DNA of 64,000 nucleotides, from positions 1,084-65,083 of the forward strand of contig CAWDSS010000016.1 of assembly GCA_963805065.1 (NCBI GenBank), read 5' to 3'. The notes beneath the pieces were generated by a model. That model was not told the origin of the DNA, did not search any database, and saw only the letters and a list, made by a program, of their open reading frames with translations. Every line of letters begins with the position of its first letter. Position 1 is the stretch's first letter. The translations under genes and the position numbers were made by a program. This DNA comes from Candidatus Omnitrophota bacterium (GTDB lineage: Bacteria; Omnitrophota; Gorgyraeia; Gygaellales; Profunditerraquicolaceae). Below are positions 1 through 8,392 of the stretch, in pieces.

Positions 1-4
1 ACCG

Positions 5-337
5 ATGATACCTACGCAGCTTTTTGTTTTTTTAAGCGCAGCCTTTCTGCTTCTGGCAATTTGCTATTTATATTTATATTTCATCCAAATTATGGATCGT
101 TCTCCTGCTACAAGGATTATGGTGGAATTGGAAAATTCTTCCGGTAAAGGCTTAAGTATGCAGCAGATTAAGGATGCTTATAGTTTTGAGAAAAAGATTA
201 CCGATGAATTAGAAGATATGGTTATTTTAGGCAGGCTTACAAAAGAAGGGCGATGCTTTAAACTTACGGATAAAGGTATTAAGCATCTTGCGGTGTTTAA
301 ATATGTACGTAATTATCTGGGTTTAAGAAGAAGCTAG
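5..337 (+). CDS. hypothetical membrane-anchored protein with soluble winged-helix-like C-terminal part; frame is open to the window edge, so the true N-terminus may lie upstream
   Basis: ORF track; hydrophobic N-terminal segment; paralogous to the next ORF (shared ...Y..DRS.A..I.E...SS...L....I...Y...KK...EL..MV.G pattern). Confidence 0.4.
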   Translation: MIPTQLFVFLSAAFLLLAICYLYLYFIQIMDRSPATRIMVELENSSGKGLSMQQIKDAYSFEKKITDELEDMVILGRLTKEGRCFKLTDKGIKHLAVFKYVRNYLGLRRS

Positions 338-341
338 GTAA

Positions 342-899
342 ATGATGAATGCGGTATTATTAGCTTTGGTTTGTGGTTTTGCGGCATGCGTTTTTCACCT
401 TATGGTAGGTTATTTCGGAAGAAGGCGCATGGATAATGAGCCGGTTATTTTTGAGTTAAGGTGGCAGGTAAAATTGATATTAATTATCTATAGCTTTACC
501 TTTTTGATTTATGCTGTGTTTTTTTTCTATATGTTGCCGGAAAACAGCATTTACCGCAACGGCCTTAGCGTGCATTATGTGGTTTGGCTAGTCTATGGAG
601 CCGTTTTATATTTTTTGCTCGCGTTTATCTATTTAACTTTTTATTATCTGGTTGACCGCTCAATATCCGCTACTATCCTTGAATTTATCGACTCATCGGA
701 GCAGAAAAAACTTGATATTGATGAAATTTTGGGGTTATACGATATAAACAAAAAATACGATAATGAATTAAAAAGTATGGTTGAGGGAAGGTTTATCGCG
801 CAGGACTCCGGTTACTATAAAAATACCTTAAAAGGTTCCATGTACGCCATAATCGCAAGGGCAATAAAAAGCATTTTAAAATTAGGTCCAGGTGGATAG
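342..899 (+). CDS. hypothetical polytopic membrane protein, paralog of the upstream ORF (about 4 TM segments plus a similar soluble C-terminal domain)
   Basis: ORF track; hydrophobic segments; DRSISATILEFIDSS...ELKSMVEG aligns with DRSPATRIMVELENSS...ELEDMVILG of ORF 5..337. Confidence 0.45.
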   Translation: MMNAVLLALVCGFAACVFHLMVGYFGRRRMDNEPVIFELRWQVKLILIIYSFTFLIYAVFFFYMLPENSIYRNGLSVHYVVWLVYGAVLYFLLAFIYLTFYYLVDRSISATILEFIDSSEQKKLDIDEILGLYDINKKYDNELKSMVEGRFIAQDSGYYKNTLKGSMYAIIARAIKSILKLGPGG

Positions 900-923
900 C
901 TATGCCATCTCCCGTATAAAATT

Positions 924-2045
924 ATGTTTACTACAAGGACTAAAAAAGCGCTGCTTAAAGGCATACTCACCAAGAGGTCACCTATTTATGTCCAATACGC
1001 TGTTACTAAAAATTGCAATTTTAGTTGCGGTATGTGCGGTTCATCTTCTTCCAGGAAAGAAGAAAAGGAGTTGGCTCTGGATGAAATTAAACTGTTGGCC
1101 GATGTTTTGGATAAATTGAAGGTAGGGGTGGTATTACTTACCGGAGGGGAACCGTTTTTACGGCCGGATATTTCCGAAATAATCGGAATATTTTATAAAA
1201 AGGGTTTTACTATAAGGCTGCAGACCAATGGGATTTTAGCTGGCGAGGATAAGATAAAATCAGCGTATCAGGCAGGGATGAAAGAGGTAACGATTTCCCT
1301 TCAATCCCTCGAACCTGAAAAACAGGATGCTATTGTCGGTCAAAAAAACTCTTGGCATAAAATTATTGAGTCAATCGCGCGTTTTTCTCAAATTCTGCCT
1401 TCGCACGGGACATTGCTTGGCATAAATACCGTGGTTTGCCGGCAGAATCTTAGAGAGATTCCGGATATAATCAAATTTGTCACGCGCATAGGTTTTTATT
1501 CTTCGCTTATACCTGTGCACTTGGCTCCTGTTTCTCGGGATGAGTTTATTATCAGGAAGCAATCCGCTGACTTCGCTTTTAAGGAGAATGATTTTTACGA
1601 AATTGACCGGATTTACCGGCAGGTTATTGCCATGAAGAAAAAAGGTTATAATGTATATAATTCCTATAAATTTTTACGTAACAGCCCGGATTTCCTCAAA
1701 GGTAAGAGGATAAACTGGCATTGCGACAGCCCGCATCTTTATTTTGCCATAAGTCCTTCGGGGAATTTCCTGCCGTGTGTCGATATAAAAAGTTCTACCT
1801 CCATGTTACAGGAGGGTTTTGTTAATCTGTATAATTCCAGAGAATTTAAATCTGCACTGGAGGAAAAAGTAAAGAAATGCCAGGGTTGTTTCTATCCCTG
1901 TTGGTCTGAGATTACTTATCTTTGCCGTAACCCGCTGGTTTTGGCCGAGAGGATTATTTTAGGTATCAAGACAAGCTTTGTTAAACGTAAGCCAGTAACT
2001 TTAGAGGAGTGTTTGAAAATAATAGAAGACATAAAGAACAAATAG
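924..2045 (+). CDS. radical SAM enzyme with C-terminal SPASM-like Cys-rich domain
   Basis: CNFSCGMCG (CxxxCxxC) near N-terminus, GGEPFL motif, C-terminal CDSP...C...CQGCFYPC cysteine cluster. Confidence 0.8.
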   Translation: MFTTRTKKALLKGILTKRSPIYVQYAVTKNCNFSCGMCGSSSSRKEEKELALDEIKLLADVLDKLKVGVVLLTGGEPFLRPDISEIIGIFYKKGFTIRLQTNGILAGEDKIKSAYQAGMKEVTISLQSLEPEKQDAIVGQKNSWHKIIESIARFSQILPSHGTLLGINTVVCRQNLREIPDIIKFVTRIGFYSSLIPVHLAPVSRDEFIIRKQSADFAFKENDFYEIDRIYRQVIAMKKKGYNVYNSYKFLRNSPDFLKGKRINWHCDSPHLYFAISPSGNFLPCVDIKSSTSMLQEGFVNLYNSREFKSALEEKVKKCQGCFYPCWSEITYLCRNPLVLAERIILGIKTSFVKRKPVTLEECLKIIEDIKNK

Positions 2046-2046
2046 A

Positions 2047-2883
2047 ATGGTAACTTTAGCTTCAGTAATTATTACTACCCAAAATGAAGAAAGGCATATT
2101 GACAATTGTATAGAATCAATCAAAAATCAAAGTTATCCTGAGGATGGTATTGAAATAATCGTCGTAGATAATAATTCTACGGATAGGACTAAAGAGATTG
2201 CCAAAAAATACACCGAAAAGGTATATAATCTCGGACCCGAGCGTTCAACACAAAGGAATTTTGGGATTAAACAGTCATCAGGTAGATATGTATTATATTT
2301 AGATGCCGACATGATTTTATCAAAAGAGATTATTGCTGAATGTATAGAGAAATGCGAAAGAGCAGATAACATTGCTTTATATATCCCTGAAAGGATTATT
2401 GGACAGGGTTTTTGGATAAAAGTTAGGGATTTTGAAAGAAGTTTTTACAATGCCACCTGTATTGATTGCGTTCGCTTTGTGCGTAGGGACAAGTTTCTGG
2501 AAATCGGGGGTTTTGATGAATCATTGACCGGACCAGAAGACTGGGATTTTGACAGGAGGATAAGGCAGGTGGGGCCGGTAGGTATTGTTGAGGCGCCTAT
2601 TTACCATAACGAAGGCGGGTTTAATTTCAATAAGTATTTAAGTAAAAAAGCATATTATGCGTGTTCCTTTCAGAAGTATATAGACAAATGGGGCAAGAAT
2701 GATGCAGTCATCAGAAAGCAGTTTGGTTTCTGGTATAGGTATTTCGGAGTTTTTATTGAAAAGAGGAAATGGATAAGGCTCATAAGGCATTGTTTATTGG
2801 CAATGGGAATATATGTTCTAAGGATAGAAGTCGGGTTGATGTATTTAAGAAGGGCCAATTGTGAGAATAGCAATAGTACTTGA
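2047..2883 (+). CDS. glycosyltransferase family 2
   Basis: N-terminal SVIITTQNEE..IVVDNNSTD and DxD-like YLDADM motifs typical of GT-A/GT2. Confidence 0.8.
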   Translation: MVTLASVIITTQNEERHIDNCIESIKNQSYPEDGIEIIVVDNNSTDRTKEIAKKYTEKVYNLGPERSTQRNFGIKQSSGRYVLYLDADMILSKEIIAECIEKCERADNIALYIPERIIGQGFWIKVRDFERSFYNATCIDCVRFVRRDKFLEIGGFDESLTGPEDWDFDRRIRQVGPVGIVEAPIYHNEGGFNFNKYLSKKAYYACSFQKYIDKWGKNDAVIRKQFGFWYRYFGVFIEKRKWIRLIRHCLLAMGIYVLRIEVGLMYLRRANCENSNST

Positions 2884-4009
2884 TCAGATTGCAAAAGGCG
2901 GCACGGCAAAATTAGCTATTGAAGAAGTTCGTGAGTTGTCAAGGTTGGGTCATGACGCGGAATTGTTGGTACTTTTCGATAATAAGGAAAAGATTTTCTG
3001 CGATTTGCTTGAGGGAATAAGAGTCAGAAGCATTTGGAAAGAAATTCCTCCGGTATTGAGGTTTAACTTTAAGATACCCTTTTTTTCATTTTTCTCCTTT
3101 TTCCATATATCGGGAATATTTATCCTGCCGTTTATAATTAAGAAAAAAGAATACGATTTTATATTAGGCCATCTAAGTTACACTTGTCTTTGCATTTCAC
3201 TGGCAAGTAAAGTCAAAAGAATACCTTATATAGCTTACATTCATGATTCAGTTTCCTATATATTCAGGAAAGTATATCTAAAAGGTAGGAATAAATTTTT
3301 ATTTCAGCTTATCTATCCCTTTGCTGTTTTGTCAGACATGATAATTTTAAGAAATGCATTCGCCGTATGCAAGCAGGCAAGGTTTGAAACAGATTATATA
3401 GAAAGATTGGCAAACAAAAAAATGTTTATCGTGCCGCCTTCTACATACAGAAGGAAGAAATTAATACCGGAAACTAGGGGCGATAACTTAATTGCTTTCA
3501 CGAAGTGGGATTTTTCAAAGAACTTTAGTTTTCTAATCGAATTAATGAAACACCTTCCTTCACAGAAACTTTTTGTGGCCGGTCTTTGGCATCCAGAAGA
3601 TTATTTAATTAAAATTAAGCAAGCAGTAGAAAAAGAAAGATTGGAAGATAGGATAATCTTTTTAGGCCCGTTAGAAGAGAAGGGCATAGAGGAACTATTC
3701 AATTCGGCAAGGGTGCTTATCCATCCCTTATTTGAAGCATGGGGTTCTTCTCTGTATGAGGCTGCCTGTAACGGGCTTACATTTGTGGCGCCTAAAGGCT
3801 GTGGCATATCAGAATATCTTTTTCATGAAAAAGACGCTTTTTATGCGATTCAAGATGATCTTAAAGGCTACCTTTATTATATAAATAAATTAATAGCAGA
3901 TAAAGATCTTGCTTATAGGATGGGTAGACAGGCTTGGCTTGATATAGAAAAAATAGACATTGAAAACCATGTGATAATGCTTATATCAATAATGAAAGAT
4001 TATAAATGA
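2861..4009 (+). CDS. GT-B fold glycosyltransferase (GT4-like)
   Basis: GTG start, MRIAIVLD..GG N-terminus and C-terminal E(x7)E-type region (FEAWGSSLYEAACNG) typical of GT4/GT1. Confidence 0.7.
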   Translation: MRIAIVLDQIAKGGTAKLAIEEVRELSRLGHDAELLVLFDNKEKIFCDLLEGIRVRSIWKEIPPVLRFNFKIPFFSFFSFFHISGIFILPFIIKKKEYDFILGHLSYTCLCISLASKVKRIPYIAYIHDSVSYIFRKVYLKGRNKFLFQLIYPFAVLSDMIILRNAFAVCKQARFETDYIERLANKKMFIVPPSTYRRKKLIPETRGDNLIAFTKWDFSKNFSFLIELMKHLPSQKLFVAGLWHPEDYLIKIKQAVEKERLEDRIIFLGPLEEKGIEELFNSARVLIHPLFEAWGSSLYEAACNGLTFVAPKGCGISEYLFHEKDAFYAIQDDLKGYLYYINKLIADKDLAYRMGRQAWLDIEKIDIENHVIMLISIMKDYK

Positions 4010-5385
4010 GATTTCTTTTTGTCACTGATAATTTATTTATGGAACAACTGGGGATTATGTATGTTGCATCAACTTTGAGTAAGACTGGGGTAGAGGTGGA
4101 TTTAGTAAAAATAAGCGATGATTTAGATCAAAAGGTGAAAGAATACTCCCCGGATATTATCGGATACAGCGTAATTACAGGATGCCAGGGTAAGTTTATT
4201 AAGATAAACTCGCAACTTAAGAAAAAATATAAGTTTAAATCTGTTATGGGGGGTCCGCACGCAACATTTTTTCCGGAAGTTGTTTCTGATCCGGGGCTGG
4301 ATTATGTATTAAGAGGGGAAGGCGAAAGGTCGGTGTTAGAATTTATTGCATTCATTAAAGGAGAGATAAAAATCGAGGATGTCCATAACCTTTCTTATAA
4401 AGATTCAGGAGAAATACAGCATAATCCGTTTATTGGTTTGGTGGATAATCTGGATACCTTGCCATTTCCAAACCGACAGATATTTTTTAAATATCCTGAG
4501 ATAGAAAAGACCCCCATAAAGCATTTTATTGCAAGCCGGGGATGTCCATTCGGGTGTTCCTACTGTTTTAATGAAGAATATTACACTCTTTACAAAAACC
4601 TGGGAAAGCGCGTTCGTTTTCGCTCGGTTGCAAACTTAATCTCCGAGATAAAGGAAGTAATCGGATTATCCGAAGTAAAATTGGTTTATTTTCAAGACGA
4701 TACATTTATACTTGATAAAAAATGGCTTACGGAATTTGCTAAACACTATAAGCGAGAAATTAATTTACCGTATCATTGCCATGTAAGAGCTAACTTGGTT
4801 GACGAGGAAATTGTCCGTTTGTTAAAATCCTCAAATTGTTTAAGCGTGCATATTGCAATTGAGGCGGGCAATGACTATTTGCGTAACCAGATATTAAAAA
4901 GGTCTATGAAGAGAAGTGAAATTTTAAACGCCTGCAAATTATTAAAGAAATACAAAATAAAATTTATGCTTCAGAATATAATCGGCCTTCCTGATGGTAA
5001 CCTTCAGGCAGACCTTGAAACGCTCGCACTTAATATCAAATGCTCTCCTACATATTCATGGGTTTCAATATATCAGCCTTACCCGGGAACGCCATTAGCA
5101 GAATACAGCATAAAAAAGGGTTTTTTTAACGGAAATTATGATTCTTTAAACGACAATTTTTTTGAAACTTCATTTCTAAATTTTGAAGATTCTTATAAGA
5201 GACAGATTGAAAACCTCCAAAAGGTATTTGCTGTAATAGTAGCATTCCCCGTGCTTTACTATCTTAAATTATATAAAATCCTTTTATTGCTTCCCAGATT
5301 TAAGCCTGTAAAAGCTTTTTTAAGGAAGATCTATCTGGGCTTTAGGAAAAAGGCAGATTACAAGCTTTTTGGAATGCGCGTATGA
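4006..5385 (+). CDS. B12-binding-domain radical SAM enzyme
   Basis: N-terminal Rossmann-like B12-binding-type region with RGEGE motif, then ASRGCPFGCSYC (CxxxCxxC). Confidence 0.8.
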   Translation: MRFLFVTDNLFMEQLGIMYVASTLSKTGVEVDLVKISDDLDQKVKEYSPDIIGYSVITGCQGKFIKINSQLKKKYKFKSVMGGPHATFFPEVVSDPGLDYVLRGEGERSVLEFIAFIKGEIKIEDVHNLSYKDSGEIQHNPFIGLVDNLDTLPFPNRQIFFKYPEIEKTPIKHFIASRGCPFGCSYCFNEEYYTLYKNLGKRVRFRSVANLISEIKEVIGLSEVKLVYFQDDTFILDKKWLTEFAKHYKREINLPYHCHVRANLVDEEIVRLLKSSNCLSVHIAIEAGNDYLRNQILKRSMKRSEILNACKLLKKYKIKFMLQNIIGLPDGNLQADLETLALNIKCSPTYSWVSIYQPYPGTPLAEYSIKKGFFNGNYDSLNDNFFETSFLNFEDSYKRQIENLQKVFAVIVAFPVLYYLKLYKILLLLPRFKPVKAFLRKIYLGFRKKADYKLFGMRV

Positions 5386-6437
5386 AGAAAATTATTATTA
5401 TTAAATATTCAGCAATAGGCGATGTGTTAAGGACCACTGTTTTATTGCCAGCATTAAAGAAAAAATTCCCTAAATCTGAAATTTTCTGGATAACGGAAGC
5501 TAAGTCAAGGCCGGTCCTTGAAAATAATCCGTTAATAAAAGGCATATATCTTGAATATGAGCTTACGGATTGTTTTAAGAAAAAGGAATACGATTTAATA
5601 ATTAACCTGGATGAAGATTTTGACGCTTGCCAATTGGCAGGAGAACTTAAATCTAAAAAGCTTCTCGGATATTATTTTGAAAATGGAAAGATTGTTTGTA
5701 CGAAAGGCGCAAAATACTGGATGGCTATGAGTTTATTAGGCGGCGTAAATAGAGATGCCTTAAAAAAAAGAAATAAATTCACATATCCAAAGATAATATT
5801 TGATATTGCTCAGCTATCTTATAGCACCGATTTCAAACCCATTATTCATCTTAGGCGTAAAGAAAAAGAATTCGGGTTAAATTTTGCTAAGAAGCATAAT
5901 ATAAAGCTTGGCTATGATTATGTGGTGGGTATAAATACCGGTGCCGGAAAAAGGTGGCCGCTTAAGAAATTGGGCATAGGAAAAACATCGTTGCTCATAA
6001 ACAAGCTATTGAAGAAAGAGTTAAAAGTTATTCTTTGCGGAGGGGAGGAAGAAGTTGAGCGTAACAGCAGGATATTGAAGGCTTGTAACAGAGCCGTTAT
6101 TGATGCAGGTTGCAATAATTCGGTGAGAGAATTTGCGTCTTTGATCAGCATATGCGATTCGATTATTTCTGCGGATACGCTTGCAATGCACATAAGTATT
6201 GCACTTGGCAAATATACTTTGGCTTTTTTTGGTCCCACTCCTTTTCAGGAGATCGAATTCCATAATAATGGCGAAGCAGTGGTTGCCCCATTGGGATGCA
6301 CTTGCTGTATGAAAAAAGTGATATGTGAGAAAAAATCCAATTGTATGGATTTGATAAATGAAAACCTCCTCGTTGATAAAGTAATGTTTCATAAGCAGAG
6401 GTTAAATAAGAAAATAGGTTATGAAAAAAGTAATTAA
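5382..6437 (+). CDS. glycosyltransferase family 9 (LPS heptosyltransferase-like)
   Basis: IIKYSAIGDVLRTT N-terminus and C-terminal SADTLAMHISIALG motif characteristic of GT9. Confidence 0.75.
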   Translation: MKKIIIIKYSAIGDVLRTTVLLPALKKKFPKSEIFWITEAKSRPVLENNPLIKGIYLEYELTDCFKKKEYDLIINLDEDFDACQLAGELKSKKLLGYYFENGKIVCTKGAKYWMAMSLLGGVNRDALKKRNKFTYPKIIFDIAQLSYSTDFKPIIHLRRKEKEFGLNFAKKHNIKLGYDYVVGINTGAGKRWPLKKLGIGKTSLLINKLLKKELKVILCGGEEEVERNSRILKACNRAVIDAGCNNSVREFASLISICDSIISADTLAMHISIALGKYTLAFFGPTPFQEIEFHNNGEAVVAPLGCTCCMKKVICEKKSNCMDLINENLLVDKVMFHKQRLNKKIGYEKSN

Positions 6438-7602
6438 TATGATTGCGTTGACAATGGGAAGTGATGGTATGTGCGGAGGTTCGAGAATATTTATCGAATT
6501 TGCAAAGAGGTGGGCTAATAAGGAAACGGAAGTTAATATTTTTGTTACGGATGAGGGCTTTGCTACCTGCACCAAATACGGCGTTGATAATGCGAAGTTC
6601 CATATTATTTCCGGACAGAAATTTAAGAAGTTGGGTTTATTAATTTTTTATCTAGTTTTGCTGTTTAAGGGAATTCTGCTTTCGCTGAAATTACGTTTTC
6701 ATCAGAAAAGAGCCCATATAGTATATTCTACTTCTGACTTTTGGCCGGACAGCTTGACCGGATTTTTTATGTCTAAAATATTTACCAAAGCTAAATGGAT
6801 TTCCGGTTTTTATTTATTCGCCCCGAATCCTTTCGGAAGGGATAATCCTTATAAGGGGAAAAACTATCTAAGGGGTCTTTTATATTATTATAGCCAATTG
6901 CCTATTTATTATATCGTAAATAAATTTGCGGATATGGTATGTGTTACTAGTCAGCCGGATGTAGCCAAGTTTGTTACTACTAAGCGCCCGGAAACTTCAG
7001 TTTTAGTTATTATGGGCGGGGTGGATTGTTCGCTTCACCGTGAAATTCCGGAGATTAAAAAAAAATATGATGGCTGTTTCATAGGTAGATTCCATCCTCA
7101 GAAGGGCGTTGTGGAGCTTGTTGATATTTGGCGGATAGTTGTCAATAATATTCCTGATGCGAAACTACTTATTATTGGTTACGGGGAACTCGTGGATAAA
7201 TTAAAGGAGAAAATTAAAAAAAGCGGGTTGAGTGATAATATAACAATTAATGGATTTATTGATGGAGAAGAAAAGGTTGAGCTTTTAAATCAATGCAAGG
7301 TAGTTTTGCATCCTGCTCTATATGACAGCGGAGGCATGGCTGCCTGTGAAGCAATGGCCTGTGGGCTTCCCGCAGTAAGCTTTGACCTGCCTGCTTTAAC
7401 AACCTATTACCCTAAAGGCATGATAAAAACTCCTTGTTTCGATCTAGGGTTATTTGCGGAAAATATCTTAACTTTACTTAGAAATAAAGAAGTATATGAC
7501 AAACTTAAAAAAGAAGCATTAGGCTGGGCAAGAGAATGGAACTGGAAAGAGAAGGCCGATTTTGTTTTTAATAAAATGTTTAGCTCTGTATCTGTAGTAT
7601 AA
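6421..7602 (+). CDS. GT-B fold glycosyltransferase (GT4-like)
   Basis: C-terminal HPALYDSGGMAACEAMACGLPAVS motif typical of GT4. Confidence 0.7.
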   Translation: MKKVINMIALTMGSDGMCGGSRIFIEFAKRWANKETEVNIFVTDEGFATCTKYGVDNAKFHIISGQKFKKLGLLIFYLVLLFKGILLSLKLRFHQKRAHIVYSTSDFWPDSLTGFFMSKIFTKAKWISGFYLFAPNPFGRDNPYKGKNYLRGLLYYYSQLPIYYIVNKFADMVCVTSQPDVAKFVTTKRPETSVLVIMGGVDCSLHREIPEIKKKYDGCFIGRFHPQKGVVELVDIWRIVVNNIPDAKLLIIGYGELVDKLKEKIKKSGLSDNITINGFIDGEEKVELLNQCKVVLHPALYDSGGMAACEAMACGLPAVSFDLPALTTYYPKGMIKTPCFDLGLFAENILTLLRNKEVYDKLKKEALGWAREWNWKEKADFVFNKMFSSVSVV

Positions 7603-7642
7603 TATAGCCAGTCGCAGATTTAGTCCAATATATGAATAAAAA

Positions 7643-8365
7643 ATGAGAAAGAAAGCATTCTATGAAAAAAGTTACGCTGCCGATTTTGCGCGTCTATATC
7701 CAAAGTATAAAGATGCCATTGATATAATTAAATCGTCCTCTCCAAAAAAATTTTTAGACTTGGGTTGTGGCGATGGCTCTTTTATGAAACTGATTACGCG
7801 ATACATCCAAAATATTGATGTTTGGGGAGTTGATATATATAAAGCGGTAGCAGATGATAAGATTATCCAGTTAGATATAGAAGAAGGTAAACTACCCTTT
7901 CAAGATAATTTCTTTGATTCTATTTTTTGTGGCGAACTAATAGAACATGTATACGATACGGATCATCTATTAAATGAGATTTATAGAGTTTTAATGCCCT
8001 CTGGCATATGTGTATTAACTACACCTAATCTTGGTTTTTGGTTTAATAGATTAACCCTGTTAGCCGGGTTTCAACCAATAACTACCGAGGTTAGTCTTAA
8101 ATATCGCGTGGGATACCCAATAAAATTTTGGAAAAGCGACCAAGATAAAATGGCGGGTCACATCAGGCCTTTTACCTATAAAAGCATTTGTCAATTGATT
8201 AAGTTACACAATTTTAATATTGTTTTAACGAAAGGATATGGGGTAGATTTGCAATACATGCTTGGAAAAAAAGGTAAAATTATTGCAAAGATTGTAAATT
8301 TTTTGTTTCCTTTTAAAAGCACTTGTTTTGATATTATGATAGCATTTTCGAAATCTACAAACTAG
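7643..8365 (+). CDS. class I SAM-dependent methyltransferase
   Basis: FLDLGCGDG SAM-binding motif I, ELIEHV and VLTTPN motifs (Methyltransf_11-like). Confidence 0.75.
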   Translation: MRKKAFYEKSYAADFARLYPKYKDAIDIIKSSSPKKFLDLGCGDGSFMKLITRYIQNIDVWGVDIYKAVADDKIIQLDIEEGKLPFQDNFFDSIFCGELIEHVYDTDHLLNEIYRVLMPSGICVLTTPNLGFWFNRLTLLAGFQPITTEVSLKYRVGYPIKFWKSDQDKMAGHIRPFTYKSICQLIKLHNFNIVLTKGYGVDLQYMLGKKGKIIAKIVNFLFPFKSTCFDIMIAFSKSTN

Positions 8366-8392
8366 AATATAAGGAACCTACTTAAGCAAATA

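Noticed and set aside
892-1119. 75-aa ORF overlapping the start of the radical SAM gene
   Set aside because: It is in a different frame from, and nested in, the ORF that carries the CxxxCxxC motif. It has no features of its own.
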